Source: an uncultured Ruminococcus sp. | Lineage (GTDB): Bacteria; Bacillota; Clostridia; Oscillospirales; CAG-272 | Assembly: GCA_902795355.1 (NCBI GenBank) | Contig: CADBKZ010000009.1 | Location: forward strand, 352 to 64,351 | Length of the DNA stretch: 64,000 nt | Direction: 5' to 3' | Shown: in pieces, positions 27,680 through 35,733 of the stretch | Position numbering within the stretch: position 1 is the stretch's first letter | Layout of the letters: every line of letters starts with the position of its first letter | Translations under genes and position numbers: made by a program | The notes under the pieces: model-generated | Database searches by the model: none | The model's input: the letters and a program-made list of their open reading frames with translations, nothing else | What the model was told of the DNA's origin: nothing

Positions 27680-29045
27680 TTTCCAACCCCTCGGAGCGGA
27701 TGGCGCCGACCACGCTTTCCACCACCCGTTCGCAGAGTGCCTCAGTTTCGGCCTCGGCCATAACGCGAACCACGGGTTCGGTGCCGCTCTCGCGCAGCAG
27801 AACGCGCCCGTTTCCGTTCAGGGCGTCGGACGCCGTTTTGAGCGCGGCGCGCACGGCGGCGTTCTCCCGCACGGCGGCTTTATCCGCCACGCGCACGTTT
27901 TTGAGTACCTGCGGCAGCATTTTCACCGGTTCGGCCAGCTTGGAAAGCGGAAGCTTGGAGCTGATGACCGCTTCCATAACCTTAATGGCGGTCAGGATTC
28001 CGTCGCCCGTGGTGGCGTATTTGCTCATAATGATATGTCCCGATTGTTCGCCGCCGAGGCAGTTGCCCGTTTCCACCATGTTTTCCCAAACATAGCGGTC
28101 GCCAACGGTGGTTTGGGCATAGTCGATCCCCGCGGCGGCCAGCGCGCGGTAAAGCCCCATGTTGGACATAATGGTGGTAACGACCGTGTTATTGGTCAGT
28201 TCGCCGTTCTGTTTGAGAATGTTCGCGAGAATATACAGAATGTGGTCGCCGTTGACCACGTCGCCGTGTTCGTCCACGGCAATGCAGCGGTCGGCGTCGC
28301 CGTCAAAGGCAAACCCGAGGTCAAGGTTGTTTTCCTGCACATGGCGGCAGAGCGCGCCGATATGGGTGGAGCCGGCCCCGCGGTTGATGTTGAGTCCGTC
28401 GGGCGAGGCGTTGATGACCGAAACTTTCGCGCCGAGGGCTTCGAACACGCTTTTCGCGATCATCCACGCGCTGCCGTTGGCGCAATCGAGCCCCACGCGG
28501 TAGGGCTTGAACGAATAGCGCGAGAGCGAGATCAGGTAGCCGATATAGCGGTTTCTGCCCGCCGCGTAGTCCACAATTTCGCCGAGGTTTTCGCCGGTTG
28601 CAAAGGGAATATCCGGCGCGGAGACGCCAAGCCCCGCAAGGTCGCCGTCAAGGTATTGCTCAATTTTCGCAATGGTGGCGTCGTCCATCTTTTCGCCGCG
28701 GCGGTTCACCAGCTTAATGCCGTTGTCGGTAAAGGGGTTGTGGCTGGCCGAAATCATAATGCCGCAATCAAAATCGTCCCCCGCCGTGGCAAAGGAAACG
28801 CTTGGGGTGGTGGTAACGTGGAGCATGTAAACGTCCGCGCCCGAGGCGGTCAGCCCCGCGACAATCGCGTATTCGAACATGTAGCTGGAACGGCGCGTGT
28901 CCTTGCCGATTACAACGCGGACGCGGCGTCTCCCGCCGTTCGCGTAGTACCAGCCGAGAAATCTGCCGATCCGGTAGGCATGCTCGGAAGTCAGCGTAAC
29001 GCCCGCTTCGCCGCGGAAACCGTCGGTTCCGAAATATTTTCCCAT
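27672..29045 (-). CDS. glmM: Phosphoglucosamine mutase
   Basis: Start MGKYFGTDGFRGEAG. Active-site ISASHNP and the sugar-binding GEQSGH motif. Confidence 0.95.
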   Translation of the reverse strand: MGKYFGTDGFRGEAGVTLTSEHAYRIGRFLGWYYANGGRRRVRVVIGKDTRRSSYMFEYAIVAGLTASGADVYMLHVTTTPSVSFATAGDDFDCGIMISASHNPFTDNGIKLVNRRGEKMDDATIAKIEQYLDGDLAGLGVSAPDIPFATGENLGEIVDYAAGRNRYIGYLISLSRYSFKPYRVGLDCANGSAWMIAKSVFEALGAKVSVINASPDGLNINRGAGSTHIGALCRHVQENNLDLGFAFDGDADRCIAVDEHGDVVNGDHILYILANILKQNGELTNNTVVTTIMSNMGLYRALAAAGIDYAQTTVGDRYVWENMVETGNCLGGEQSGHIIMSKYATTGDGILTAIKVMEAVISSKLPLSKLAEPVKMLPQVLKNVRVADKAAVRENAAVRAALKTASDALNGNGRVLLRESGTEPVVRVMAEAETEALCERVVESVVGAIRSEGLENG

Positions 29046-29180
29046 GGTTTCATTCGTTCTCCTGTTTTCCAAAATCGGTCTGCGCCCGTGGCCAAGAGGG
29101 CTTTGCGGGCCGGAAAGGCGCAAACGAAAGCGGCACGGTTGAATGGCGATCCATCAGCCCGCGCACGCTCCAATGTTATT

Positions 29181-29209
29181 ATTATAGCAGGAAACGAAGA
29201 ATTTGTCAA
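29181..29209 (-). promoter_or_regulatory. Promoter of the glmM operon
   Basis: Minus strand: TTGACA, 17 nt, TATAAT. Leaves a leader of about 130 nt. Confidence 0.6.
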
Positions 29210-29264
29210 TAAAAATCTTTGTTTTTGGGTAAAAATATTTGAAAAACGGGATTTTTCGACCGGA

Positions 29265-29801
29265 TCAGACCGAAATCACCGCAAAGAACACCGCCGAACA
29301 GACGCGAACGATCCATTCCGCGTCGGTTTCGGGGGAGGGCGGCAAAGCCTCGTAGGTGCGGCGAGCCTCGGCAAGAAAGTCGGGGTCGTCGGCGGGTCCG
29401 GTCTCTTTGACGAGGGAGAGAAACCGCGGGAAAACATGCAAAAGGCGGCGCTCGTAGCGGCTGTGGTCGGGTTGGCGGCCCGTAAAGCGTTCGGTATGGG
29501 GGTAGGTAAAGGAATCGGCAAGGTAGTGGAGCAGAATCCCGAGGCGGTAGGCGTCGCCCGCGGAGCGCAGACCCACCGAGAGCTGTTTTTTCAGCTTTTT
29601 CTCAATGGCGGGAGCGGAATGGGGCAGACTATGCCCAATCCAGCGGCGGCTTTCCTTGTAGCCGCGCAAATAGGTGAAAAACAAAAAATCGGGGAGAATG
29701 TTCCCGAGCAAAAACAGTTCGCGGCGCAAAAAATGCTCCCCGAGCACATGGGATTCGGCCGCAAGCGCGCGACCGAGTTGCAGGTGGTTCTGAACAAACA
29801 C
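29265..29801 (-). CDS. Hypothetical protein, zinc-dependent phospholipase C-like fold suspected
   Basis: 178 aa. HxxxG..FL..LGNILPDF and HYLADSFTYPH histidine motifs. The assignment is weak. Confidence 0.4.
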   Translation of the reverse strand: MFVQNHLQLGRALAAESHVLGEHFLRRELFLLGNILPDFLFFTYLRGYKESRRWIGHSLPHSAPAIEKKLKKQLSVGLRSAGDAYRLGILLHYLADSFTYPHTERFTGRQPDHSRYERRLLHVFPRFLSLVKETGPADDPDFLAEARRTYEALPPSPETDAEWIVRVCSAVFFAVISV

Positions 29802-29871
29802 AAAAAGTTCTCCTTTCCGAAGGAACCGTCAATAACTATAGTATGCCGCGTTTGCGCCGAAACATGAAAGA

Positions 29872-31026
29872 TCAGCGCACAAACGACGAAAAAATCAACA
29901 AGATGGCAAGAAACGAGAAGTTGAACGCCGAGAAAACGCCGAGGTAATATCTCTTTTTCGTCGGGTTGTGGCGAACATATTCGCGAAACGTAATCAGGCT
30001 TGCAAGCGAGGCGATCAGCGTTCCCGTTCCGCCGATGTTGACGCCGAGCAGGAGACTGCGGTAGTCGGATGTGAAATGCGAGAGCAGGATGGCCGACGGC
30101 ACATTGCTGATGAATTGGCAGGAGAGCGCGCTGACCACAAGCGGATTTTTGCCGAGCAGGTCGCCGAGAAACCGGCGGACAGGCTCCATGCGGGAAAGGT
30201 TGCCGGAAAAGATGAAAAAGCAGACGAACGTGCAGAGCAGGGGATAATCCACCTGCGCGAGGGCGCGGCGGTCGGCAAACAGCAAAACAAGGGGAATCAC
30301 GATCAGCCCCACCCAATAGGGGACGACGCGAAAAACGATGATGATGGAGAGCGCGAACAGCACGAGGTAGAGCGCGGTTCTTCCGGCGGGGAGCGGTTTG
30401 TTTTCGGGCTTTTGCAGGGAGATCGGCTGTCGGGGGAGCAGGAAACAGCAACCGAGGATCAGGGCAATGGAGAGCGCGAAGGGGGGGAACATGGTCCGCA
30501 GAAATTCCGCGTCCGGAATTTGAAAATACGAATAGAGGTAGAGGTTTTGCGGGTTGCCGAACGGCGTGAGCATACCGCCGAGGTTGGCGGCAATGTTTTG
30601 CAGAATGAAAACGGGGGCCATGTAGCGTTCGGAGCCGGTGGAAGCGAGGACGAAATAGCCGAGCGGAAGAAAGGTCAGAAGAGCCATGTCGTTGGCGATC
30701 AGCATGGAGCCGAGAAAGGTGACGCAGACCAGAGCCGCGGTTGCGAGCCGCAGGTTTCCGGTCAGGCCCACCAGCCCTTCGGCGAGGCGGGAGAAAAAGC
30801 GGATGTTTTTGAGCGCGCAGACCACCGCAAGCACGCAGAACAGGCAGGAGAGGGTTTTCAGGTCGATGTAGGAACGGTAGGCCGCGTCGGGCGGGACGAT
30901 AAACGACGTTACGACCGCGAGAACCAGCGCAATGCAGAGAACGGGGTTCTTTTGCGGAAAGCGCAGGACGACCGAGCGGAACGCGGCGGCGCGAGAGGGT
31001 TTGGCGGGTGATTGCGATTCTTCCAT
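29872..31026 (-). CDS. ArsB/NhaD/CitMHS superfamily anion permease
   Basis: Polytopic membrane protein. LGSMLIANDMALLTFLPL and GGMLTPFGNPQNLYLYS are typical of the family. ATG 31026 is preferred over TTG 31059, which lies about 8 nt from the predicted TSS. Confidence 0.7.
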   Translation of the reverse strand: MEESQSPAKPSRAAAFRSVVLRFPQKNPVLCIALVLAVVTSFIVPPDAAYRSYIDLKTLSCLFCVLAVVCALKNIRFFSRLAEGLVGLTGNLRLATAALVCVTFLGSMLIANDMALLTFLPLGYFVLASTGSERYMAPVFILQNIAANLGGMLTPFGNPQNLYLYSYFQIPDAEFLRTMFPPFALSIALILGCCFLLPRQPISLQKPENKPLPAGRTALYLVLFALSIIIVFRVVPYWVGLIVIPLVLLFADRRALAQVDYPLLCTFVCFFIFSGNLSRMEPVRRFLGDLLGKNPLVVSALSCQFISNVPSAILLSHFTSDYRSLLLGVNIGGTGTLIASLASLITFREYVRHNPTKKRYYLGVFSAFNFSFLAILLIFSSFVR

Positions 31027-31073
31027 AGGGAGTTCCGATACCTCTTTTTGAGAAAACAATAGGTGACTCTTGT

Positions 31074-31102
31074 ATCATACCCCATTTTCCAGCGTTTGTC
31101 AA
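31074..31102 (-). promoter_or_regulatory. Promoter of the permease gene
   Basis: Minus strand: TTGACA, 17 nt, TATGAT. Confidence 0.5.
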
Positions 31103-31223
31103 GCGCTTTTCCGAAATTTGCGCACCGTGTGGCAAAAAAACGGGCAAAAACAACGCGATTGTCGGTTTTTTATAATTCTTTCATCCATGCCTATTATACC
31201 ATAGCGATCTCCCTTTGTCAATT

Positions 31224-31254
31224 ATAAAAACTCCGCGCCGACTCTGGCGCGGAG
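31224..31254 (-). terminator. Terminator of the zinc-uptake operon
   Basis: Minus strand: CTCCGCGCC-agagtc-GGCGCGGAG followed by TTTTTAT. Confidence 0.75.
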
Positions 31255-31280
31255 AATCTTTATGCAAGATACGGTGCGGA

Positions 31281-31787
31281 TCAGACCATTTTTGCCTGAA
31301 CCAAATGGCAGTACAGAGACATCCCCTCGTAATAGGTCTCAAACGTCCCGATAACGGTGATCTCGTTTCCCGATTCGGGATACCCTGCGGGGTATGCGGG
31401 GTTTCCGTCCAGAACAAATTCCATTCCCTGCGAACAGCAGGCTCTGGCGTCGGCAATTATCACCGCAGGGTAATATAGTTTGGTGCTGTTGCTGTAATAG
31501 GCCGAAAAAGCGCCCTTGATCTTTACGGTTTTTCCGACGTATTTCGTGGGATTGGACATCATGTTATAGACCTGCGAATAAACAACGGTTCCGCTCATGG
31601 TCGTCAGATCAAGGTCGACCGTTTCGCTCATGGTCGCGATATTTTTTTCCGTCTCGTCCCCGCTTTTTGCCGCGACAGATTCGGTAATCGTCGGCGTTGC
31701 GTCCATAAACCCGATGGGGCGGATCCCGCACGCGCAGGAAAGCGCGGGAAGGAGAAGGATGAAAAGCAAGCAAATGATTTTTCGCAT
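31281..31787 (-). CDS. Lipoprotein of unknown function, last gene of the zinc-uptake operon
   Basis: MRKIICLLFILLLPALSCACG lipobox-like signal. ARACCSQGMEF cysteine pair. No family recognised. Confidence 0.6.
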   Translation of the reverse strand: MRKIICLLFILLLPALSCACGIRPIGFMDATPTITESVAAKSGDETEKNIATMSETVDLDLTTMSGTVVYSQVYNMMSNPTKYVGKTVKIKGAFSAYYSNSTKLYYPAVIIADARACCSQGMEFVLDGNPAYPAGYPESGNEITVIGTFETYYEGMSLYCHLVQAKMV

Positions 31788-31808
31788 AATAAACTCCTGT
31801 TTCGTTTG

Positions 31809-32663
31809 TTATTTCCCGTGTGCGTCAACAGCCGCTCCGATTGTTTGGAACACAAAAAACGCGGCAATGTCGGCAACCACAACGGTTGGGCCGACGGGCG
31901 TTCCCCAAAGAATGGAGATCAAAATTCCGAGAGCGGCGCAGAACACCGAGAGAACTGCCGAGCAGATTGTTACCGACCGGAAATTTCTGAACACGCGCAT
32001 GGCGGAAAGCGCGGGAAAAATGATCAGCGCCGAAATCAGCAGTGAACCGACGAGATTCATGGCGAGAACAATAACAACCGAGATGATAACCGCAATGATG
32101 AAATGATAGGCATTCGCGTTGGTTCCTGTAGCCTTGGCAAAGGTTTCGTCAAACGTAACGGCAAAAATCTTATGGTAGAAAAGTATGAAAACCAAAATCA
32201 CCGCAACGGAAAGCCCCGCGCATAACCATACGTCAACGCGCGAAAGCGTTAAAATAGAGGTGGATCCGAACAGGGTGGTGCAAACGTCGGCCGAAATGTT
32301 GGAAGAGGTGGGAAACAGGTTCATCAGGAGATAACCGAACGCCAGCGCTCCTACCGAGATCATGGCAATGGCGGCATCGCCCTTGATTTTTGCATTTTGC
32401 CCTGTTTTCAAAAGCAGAACGGCGCAGAGAACGGTAACGGGCATAATCAAAACCATCCGGTTGGTCAAGCCGACAACCGCCGCCACAGCCATGGCTCCGA
32501 ACGCCACATGTGAAAGTCCGTCTCCGATAAACGAAAACCGTTTCAGCACCAATGTTACCCCGAGCAGAGAAGAACAAAGCGCAATGAGAACTCCGACGAT
32601 GAAAGCATACTTTACAAACGGAAATCGAAAGTAAAACTGTAACTTTTCAAAAATTTCAGTCAT
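31809..32663 (-). CDS. znuB: Metal (zinc/manganese) ABC transporter permease
   Basis: Start MTEIFEKLQFYFRFPFVKYAF, derived by codon arithmetic from the ORF track. ABC-3 family TM pattern. Confidence 0.85.
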   Translation of the reverse strand: MTEIFEKLQFYFRFPFVKYAFIVGVLIALCSSLLGVTLVLKRFSFIGDGLSHVAFGAMAVAAVVGLTNRMVLIMPVTVLCAVLLLKTGQNAKIKGDAAIAMISVGALAFGYLLMNLFPTSSNISADVCTTLFGSTSILTLSRVDVWLCAGLSVAVILVFILFYHKIFAVTFDETFAKATGTNANAYHFIIAVIISVVIVLAMNLVGSLLISALIIFPALSAMRVFRNFRSVTICSAVLSVFCAALGILISILWGTPVGPTVVVADIAAFFVFQTIGAAVDAHGK

Positions 32664-33366
32664 AATTGGCGCCCCCGTTTCCGAAAAAACGTTTTCCTGC
32701 CGCTCCGGCGAGATATTCCGTTTTTCTTCCGAAGAACACGGATTCGCCGATTTGCAGAATTTTATCGGCATACCGGATTGCGGCGGAAAGATCATGCGAG
32801 ATCATTACAATTGTTGTTCCGCCGCGGTTCAACCGTTCAATCAACCCGTACATTTCTTCGGTAGCGTTCGGGTCGAGGCCGGAAACAGGTTCGTCCAAAA
32901 GCAGAATTTTTCGGGTTGCGCAAAGCGCTCTTGCCAGCAAAACCCGTTGCTGCTGCCCGCCGGAAAGCGTTCGGTAGGAGCGTTTCTCAAATCCCGACAT
33001 TCCCATTTTTTCAAGGTTACATCTTGCAAGTTCTTTTTCCTCTTTCCGGAAAAACGGGCGCAGGCCGACATGCGGCAGGCATCCGGAAAGAACCACTTCC
33101 CAAACGGAAGCGGGAAAATCCTTTTGCACCACCGTTTGCTGCGGGAGATACCCGATCTCGTTTCCTTTCAGCCCATCTCCGGTAACGATTTCTCCCGAGA
33201 GGGGTTTCAACAATCCCAGAACGGTTTTCATCAGAGTGGACTTTCCCGCGCCGTTTTCCCCCACAATCGCAAGATAGTCGCCGCTGTCGATCTCAAACGA
33301 AAGGTCTTTTACAACCGCATGATTTTCATAGCCGATCGATAAATGTCTGCACGAGAGTTGAGCCAT
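32656..33366 (-). CDS. znuC: Metal ABC transporter ATP-binding protein
   Basis: Walker A GENGAGKST, signature LSGGQQQR, Walker B LLLDEP. Confidence 0.9.
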   Translation of the reverse strand: MAQLSCRHLSIGYENHAVVKDLSFEIDSGDYLAIVGENGAGKSTLMKTVLGLLKPLSGEIVTGDGLKGNEIGYLPQQTVVQKDFPASVWEVVLSGCLPHVGLRPFFRKEEKELARCNLEKMGMSGFEKRSYRTLSGGQQQRVLLARALCATRKILLLDEPVSGLDPNATEEMYGLIERLNRGGTTIVMISHDLSAAIRYADKILQIGESVFFGRKTEYLAGAAGKRFFGNGGANYD

Positions 33367-33378
33367 GGCGTCGTCCCC

Positions 33379-34365
33379 TTATCCGAGCGCTTCTTTCAGA
33401 ACTGCAAGATTTTCTTCCATTACATGAAGATAGGTTCTGCCCTCGTCGTACTCTTTTGAGGTTGCAGACTGCAGGGAATCCATCGTCAGTATTTTTTGGT
33501 TTTTCGCAGCGGTATTCTCCTTGATGGTTTGCGCAATTTTTCCATCCGAGCTCTCAATTTTCAAAATGGCGTTCAACCCAAGTTCATCTGTTTTTTCGGA
33601 CAGAAATACAACGGTTTCAAAGCTCGCTTCCGTTTCGGCCGAGCAACCTACAAACGCGGCGTAATAACTGATGCCGTAATCGTCAACGAGATAGCGAAAG
33701 GGAAACCTGTCGCCGAAGAGAACCGTTTTTTTGCCTGCGGACGCAACCGTCTGCCCGTATTTTTCATCCAAGGCGGAAAGCTCGGCGCAATAGGACGTTG
33801 CGGCTTCGGAATATGCCTCGGCGTTCTTTTGGTCAATTCTTCCGAGCGCGTTGGAAATTTCCCTTACAAAAATTTGAGAATTTTTCAGAGAGAGCCAGAC
33901 ATGTTCGTCGTATTCGGTCTCCTCTTCTTCCTCTCCTTCCTCTTCATGATCGTGTTCTTCCTCCATCCCTTCCACAATTTCCTCTTCTTTGGCTTTGTCG
34001 CCGAGGACTTCCAGAAGATTGATGACTTCCATGTCTTTGTTTGTTGCGTTTTTCAGCGCGTCGTCCACCCATTCGTCGGACTCGCCGCCGACATAGATAA
34101 ACAGATCGCAGAAAGAAATTTTTGCAATATCCGCAACGGTGGGCTGGTAGCTGTGCAGATCCGCGCCGCTATCCAACAGGAGCGTTACTTCCGCGCGGTC
34201 GTTTTGCCCGCCGAGTACATTCCGAACCCCATCGTACTCGGGAAAAATTGTTGTTACAATACTGATTTGTTCATTTTTTGCGTCCGTGTTTTTGCAGGCG
34301 GCGAGCATCATAACGCTACCCAACATGCAAATGGCAAGCAGAATTGCCGATATTTTGTTTTTCAT
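33379..34365 (-). CDS. znuA: Metal ABC transporter substrate-binding lipoprotein with an acidic/His-rich loop (ZnuA-type)
   Basis: MKNKISAILLAICMLGSVMMLAAC lipobox. EEEHDHEEEGEEEEETEYDEH loop is characteristic of zinc-specific cluster A-I SBPs. Confidence 0.85.
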   Translation of the reverse strand: MKNKISAILLAICMLGSVMMLAACKNTDAKNEQISIVTTIFPEYDGVRNVLGGQNDRAEVTLLLDSGADLHSYQPTVADIAKISFCDLFIYVGGESDEWVDDALKNATNKDMEVINLLEVLGDKAKEEEIVEGMEEEHDHEEEGEEEEETEYDEHVWLSLKNSQIFVREISNALGRIDQKNAEAYSEAATSYCAELSALDEKYGQTVASAGKKTVLFGDRFPFRYLVDDYGISYYAAFVGCSAETEASFETVVFLSEKTDELGLNAILKIESSDGKIAQTIKENTAAKNQKILTMDSLQSATSKEYDEGRTYLHVMEENLAVLKEALG

Positions 34366-34516
34366 AAGAACTAAAACCTCCGAATCAATAATTAATAATT
34401 GAACATGATTTTGAAAAGACAAAAAAAGACAAGGCAACCGCGTATTGATGAATACGCGAAAAGTCTATCCCCCCTGCGGGAGGACAGACTTATCCCTTGT
34501 TCATGTGTTTTTTATT

Positions 34517-34810
34517 TTAATTCGAAAGTTTGACCTTTAAGGCGACGGGCGTAGCAAAAGAAACGGCTCGAGCCGCTTTTTTCGCAGCCGTTCCCGTAAT
34601 TATGGCAAACGCGACGAACGCCGTCATCGCACCGATCGCGAGACCGATACTCCGGACGACGCTCGCGGCCATTGCGATAACGTGACAGATTTCGCAATCC
34701 TTGCCGGAACAATCGTGGTGTGCCTCGGCAATCATGAAAGCATGGGAGAACAGCATGGCAAAAACAAACAGGATTGCGACGAAGCATGCCGTAATTCTTC
34801 TTGTTTTCAT
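34517..34810 (-). CDS. Small two-TM membrane protein with an HHDC-x3-DC-x2-CH metal-binding-like motif
   Basis: 97 aa. ITACFVAILFVFAMLFSHAFMIAEAHHDCSGKDCEICHVIAMAASVV. First gene downstream of the promoter at 34865-34893 and upstream of znuA. Confidence 0.6.
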   Translation of the reverse strand: MKTRRITACFVAILFVFAMLFSHAFMIAEAHHDCSGKDCEICHVIAMAASVVRSIGLAIGAMTAFVAFAIITGTAAKKAARAVSFATPVALKVKLSN

Positions 34811-34864
34811 AAAATTAGTTCTCCTTTCCGCCGGAATCGGCGATTGCTTGCGTTTGTCATAACC

Positions 34865-34893
34865 ATTATATCACGGCGTTTTCGGTTTGTCAA
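34865..34893 (-). promoter_or_regulatory. Promoter of the small-protein/zinc-uptake operon
   Basis: Minus strand: TTGACA, 17 nt, TATAAT (perfect consensus). Confidence 0.6.
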
Positions 34894-34917
34894 GAGTTAA
34901 AGAAAAATAAGCGGACA

Positions 34918-35733
34918 TTATGTGCCGTACACCTGTTTCGCGTTTTCGGAGAGAATGGCGCGGCGTTCGGTGTTGGTCAGCGGAAGCTCAAAGAAAAATT
35001 CCAATTCCTTTTCGGGACTCCACATGGGGTAATCGGTCCCGAACAGAACGCGGTCAACGCCGTAGCGGCGGATCAACGCCGTTACGCGCTCGTGCGGGTC
35101 TCCGCTTTTCATAAACGGCATGGTGGAAGAGCAATCCACCCAAAGGTTCGGAATGCCCGCGAGTTGCTCCGCTGCCTCTTCCCAGATCGACCATCCCCCG
35201 AAATGCGCCCCCACGACCCGCAGCCGCGGAAACCGGCGCAGAACGGGCAGGAGACGGTTGGGGTTGGAATAATCGTAGCGGCTGTCCCCCGTGTGCATCA
35301 GAATGGGAAGGTCAAGCTCCTCGCAGAGCGCGTATGCGGGGAAGAACAGGGGGTCGTCGATGCGGTACTTCTGAATGTCGGGGTGAATTTTAATGCCGCG
35401 CAGACCCAGCCCGACCAAGCGGCGAATGTCGCCTTCCATATCGTCCGAGGCAGGGTGAATGGTCCCCAGCCCCGTCAGCTTTCCGTTCCCCTCGGCCACT
35501 TCCGCCGCGATGAACGCGTTGATGCTCCCCACCTGCTTCGGGGTGGTTGCCACCGATTGCACCACAAACCGATCCACGCCGGCGGCTCCCCCGCGCTCGG
35601 TCAGGTCGCGAACGGTCCCGCGGCCGTCGGCAACGGTGCTGTAAAACGCGTCGGTCCCCGCAACCGCTTTTTCGGCGATTTTCTCGGGGTAGATGTGGCA
35701 GTGCGCGTCCCAAATTTCAAATCCGTTCCGCAT
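34918..35733 (-). CDS. Amidohydrolase 2 family (TIM-barrel metal-dependent hydrolase)
   Basis: IWDAHCHIYPEKIA, ILMHTGD, GAHFGGW, LFGTDYPMW motifs. Confidence 0.75.
   Translation of the reverse strand: MRNGFEIWDAHCHIYPEKIAEKAVAGTDAFYSTVADGRGTVRDLTERGGAAGVDRFVVQSVATTPKQVGSINAFIAAEVAEGNGKLTGLGTIHPASDDMEGDIRRLVGLGLRGIKIHPDIQKYRIDDPLFFPAYALCEELDLPILMHTGDSRYDYSNPNRLLPVLRRFPRLRVVGAHFGGWSIWEEAAEQLAGIPNLWVDCSSTMPFMKSGDPHERVTALIRRYGVDRVLFGTDYPMWSPEKELEFFFELPLTNTERRAILSENAKQVYGT

Noticed and set aside
29046-29175. About 130-nt glmM leader as a possible riboswitch
   Set aside because: It is GC-rich and probably structured, but I recognise no known riboswitch core (not ydaO, not glmS-like). The evidence is insufficient.
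29591-31153. 520-aa minus-strand ORF overlapping the permease gene in another frame
   Set aside because: The translation is Arg/Pro-rich. The alternative frame (29872-31026) gives a coherent polytopic permease.
34811-34917. Zur operator at the zinc-operon promoter
   Set aside because: The sequence around the -10 (TATAATGGTTATGACAAAC) is only weakly palindromic. I cannot match it confidently to the Firmicute Zur box, so it is not reported as a feature.
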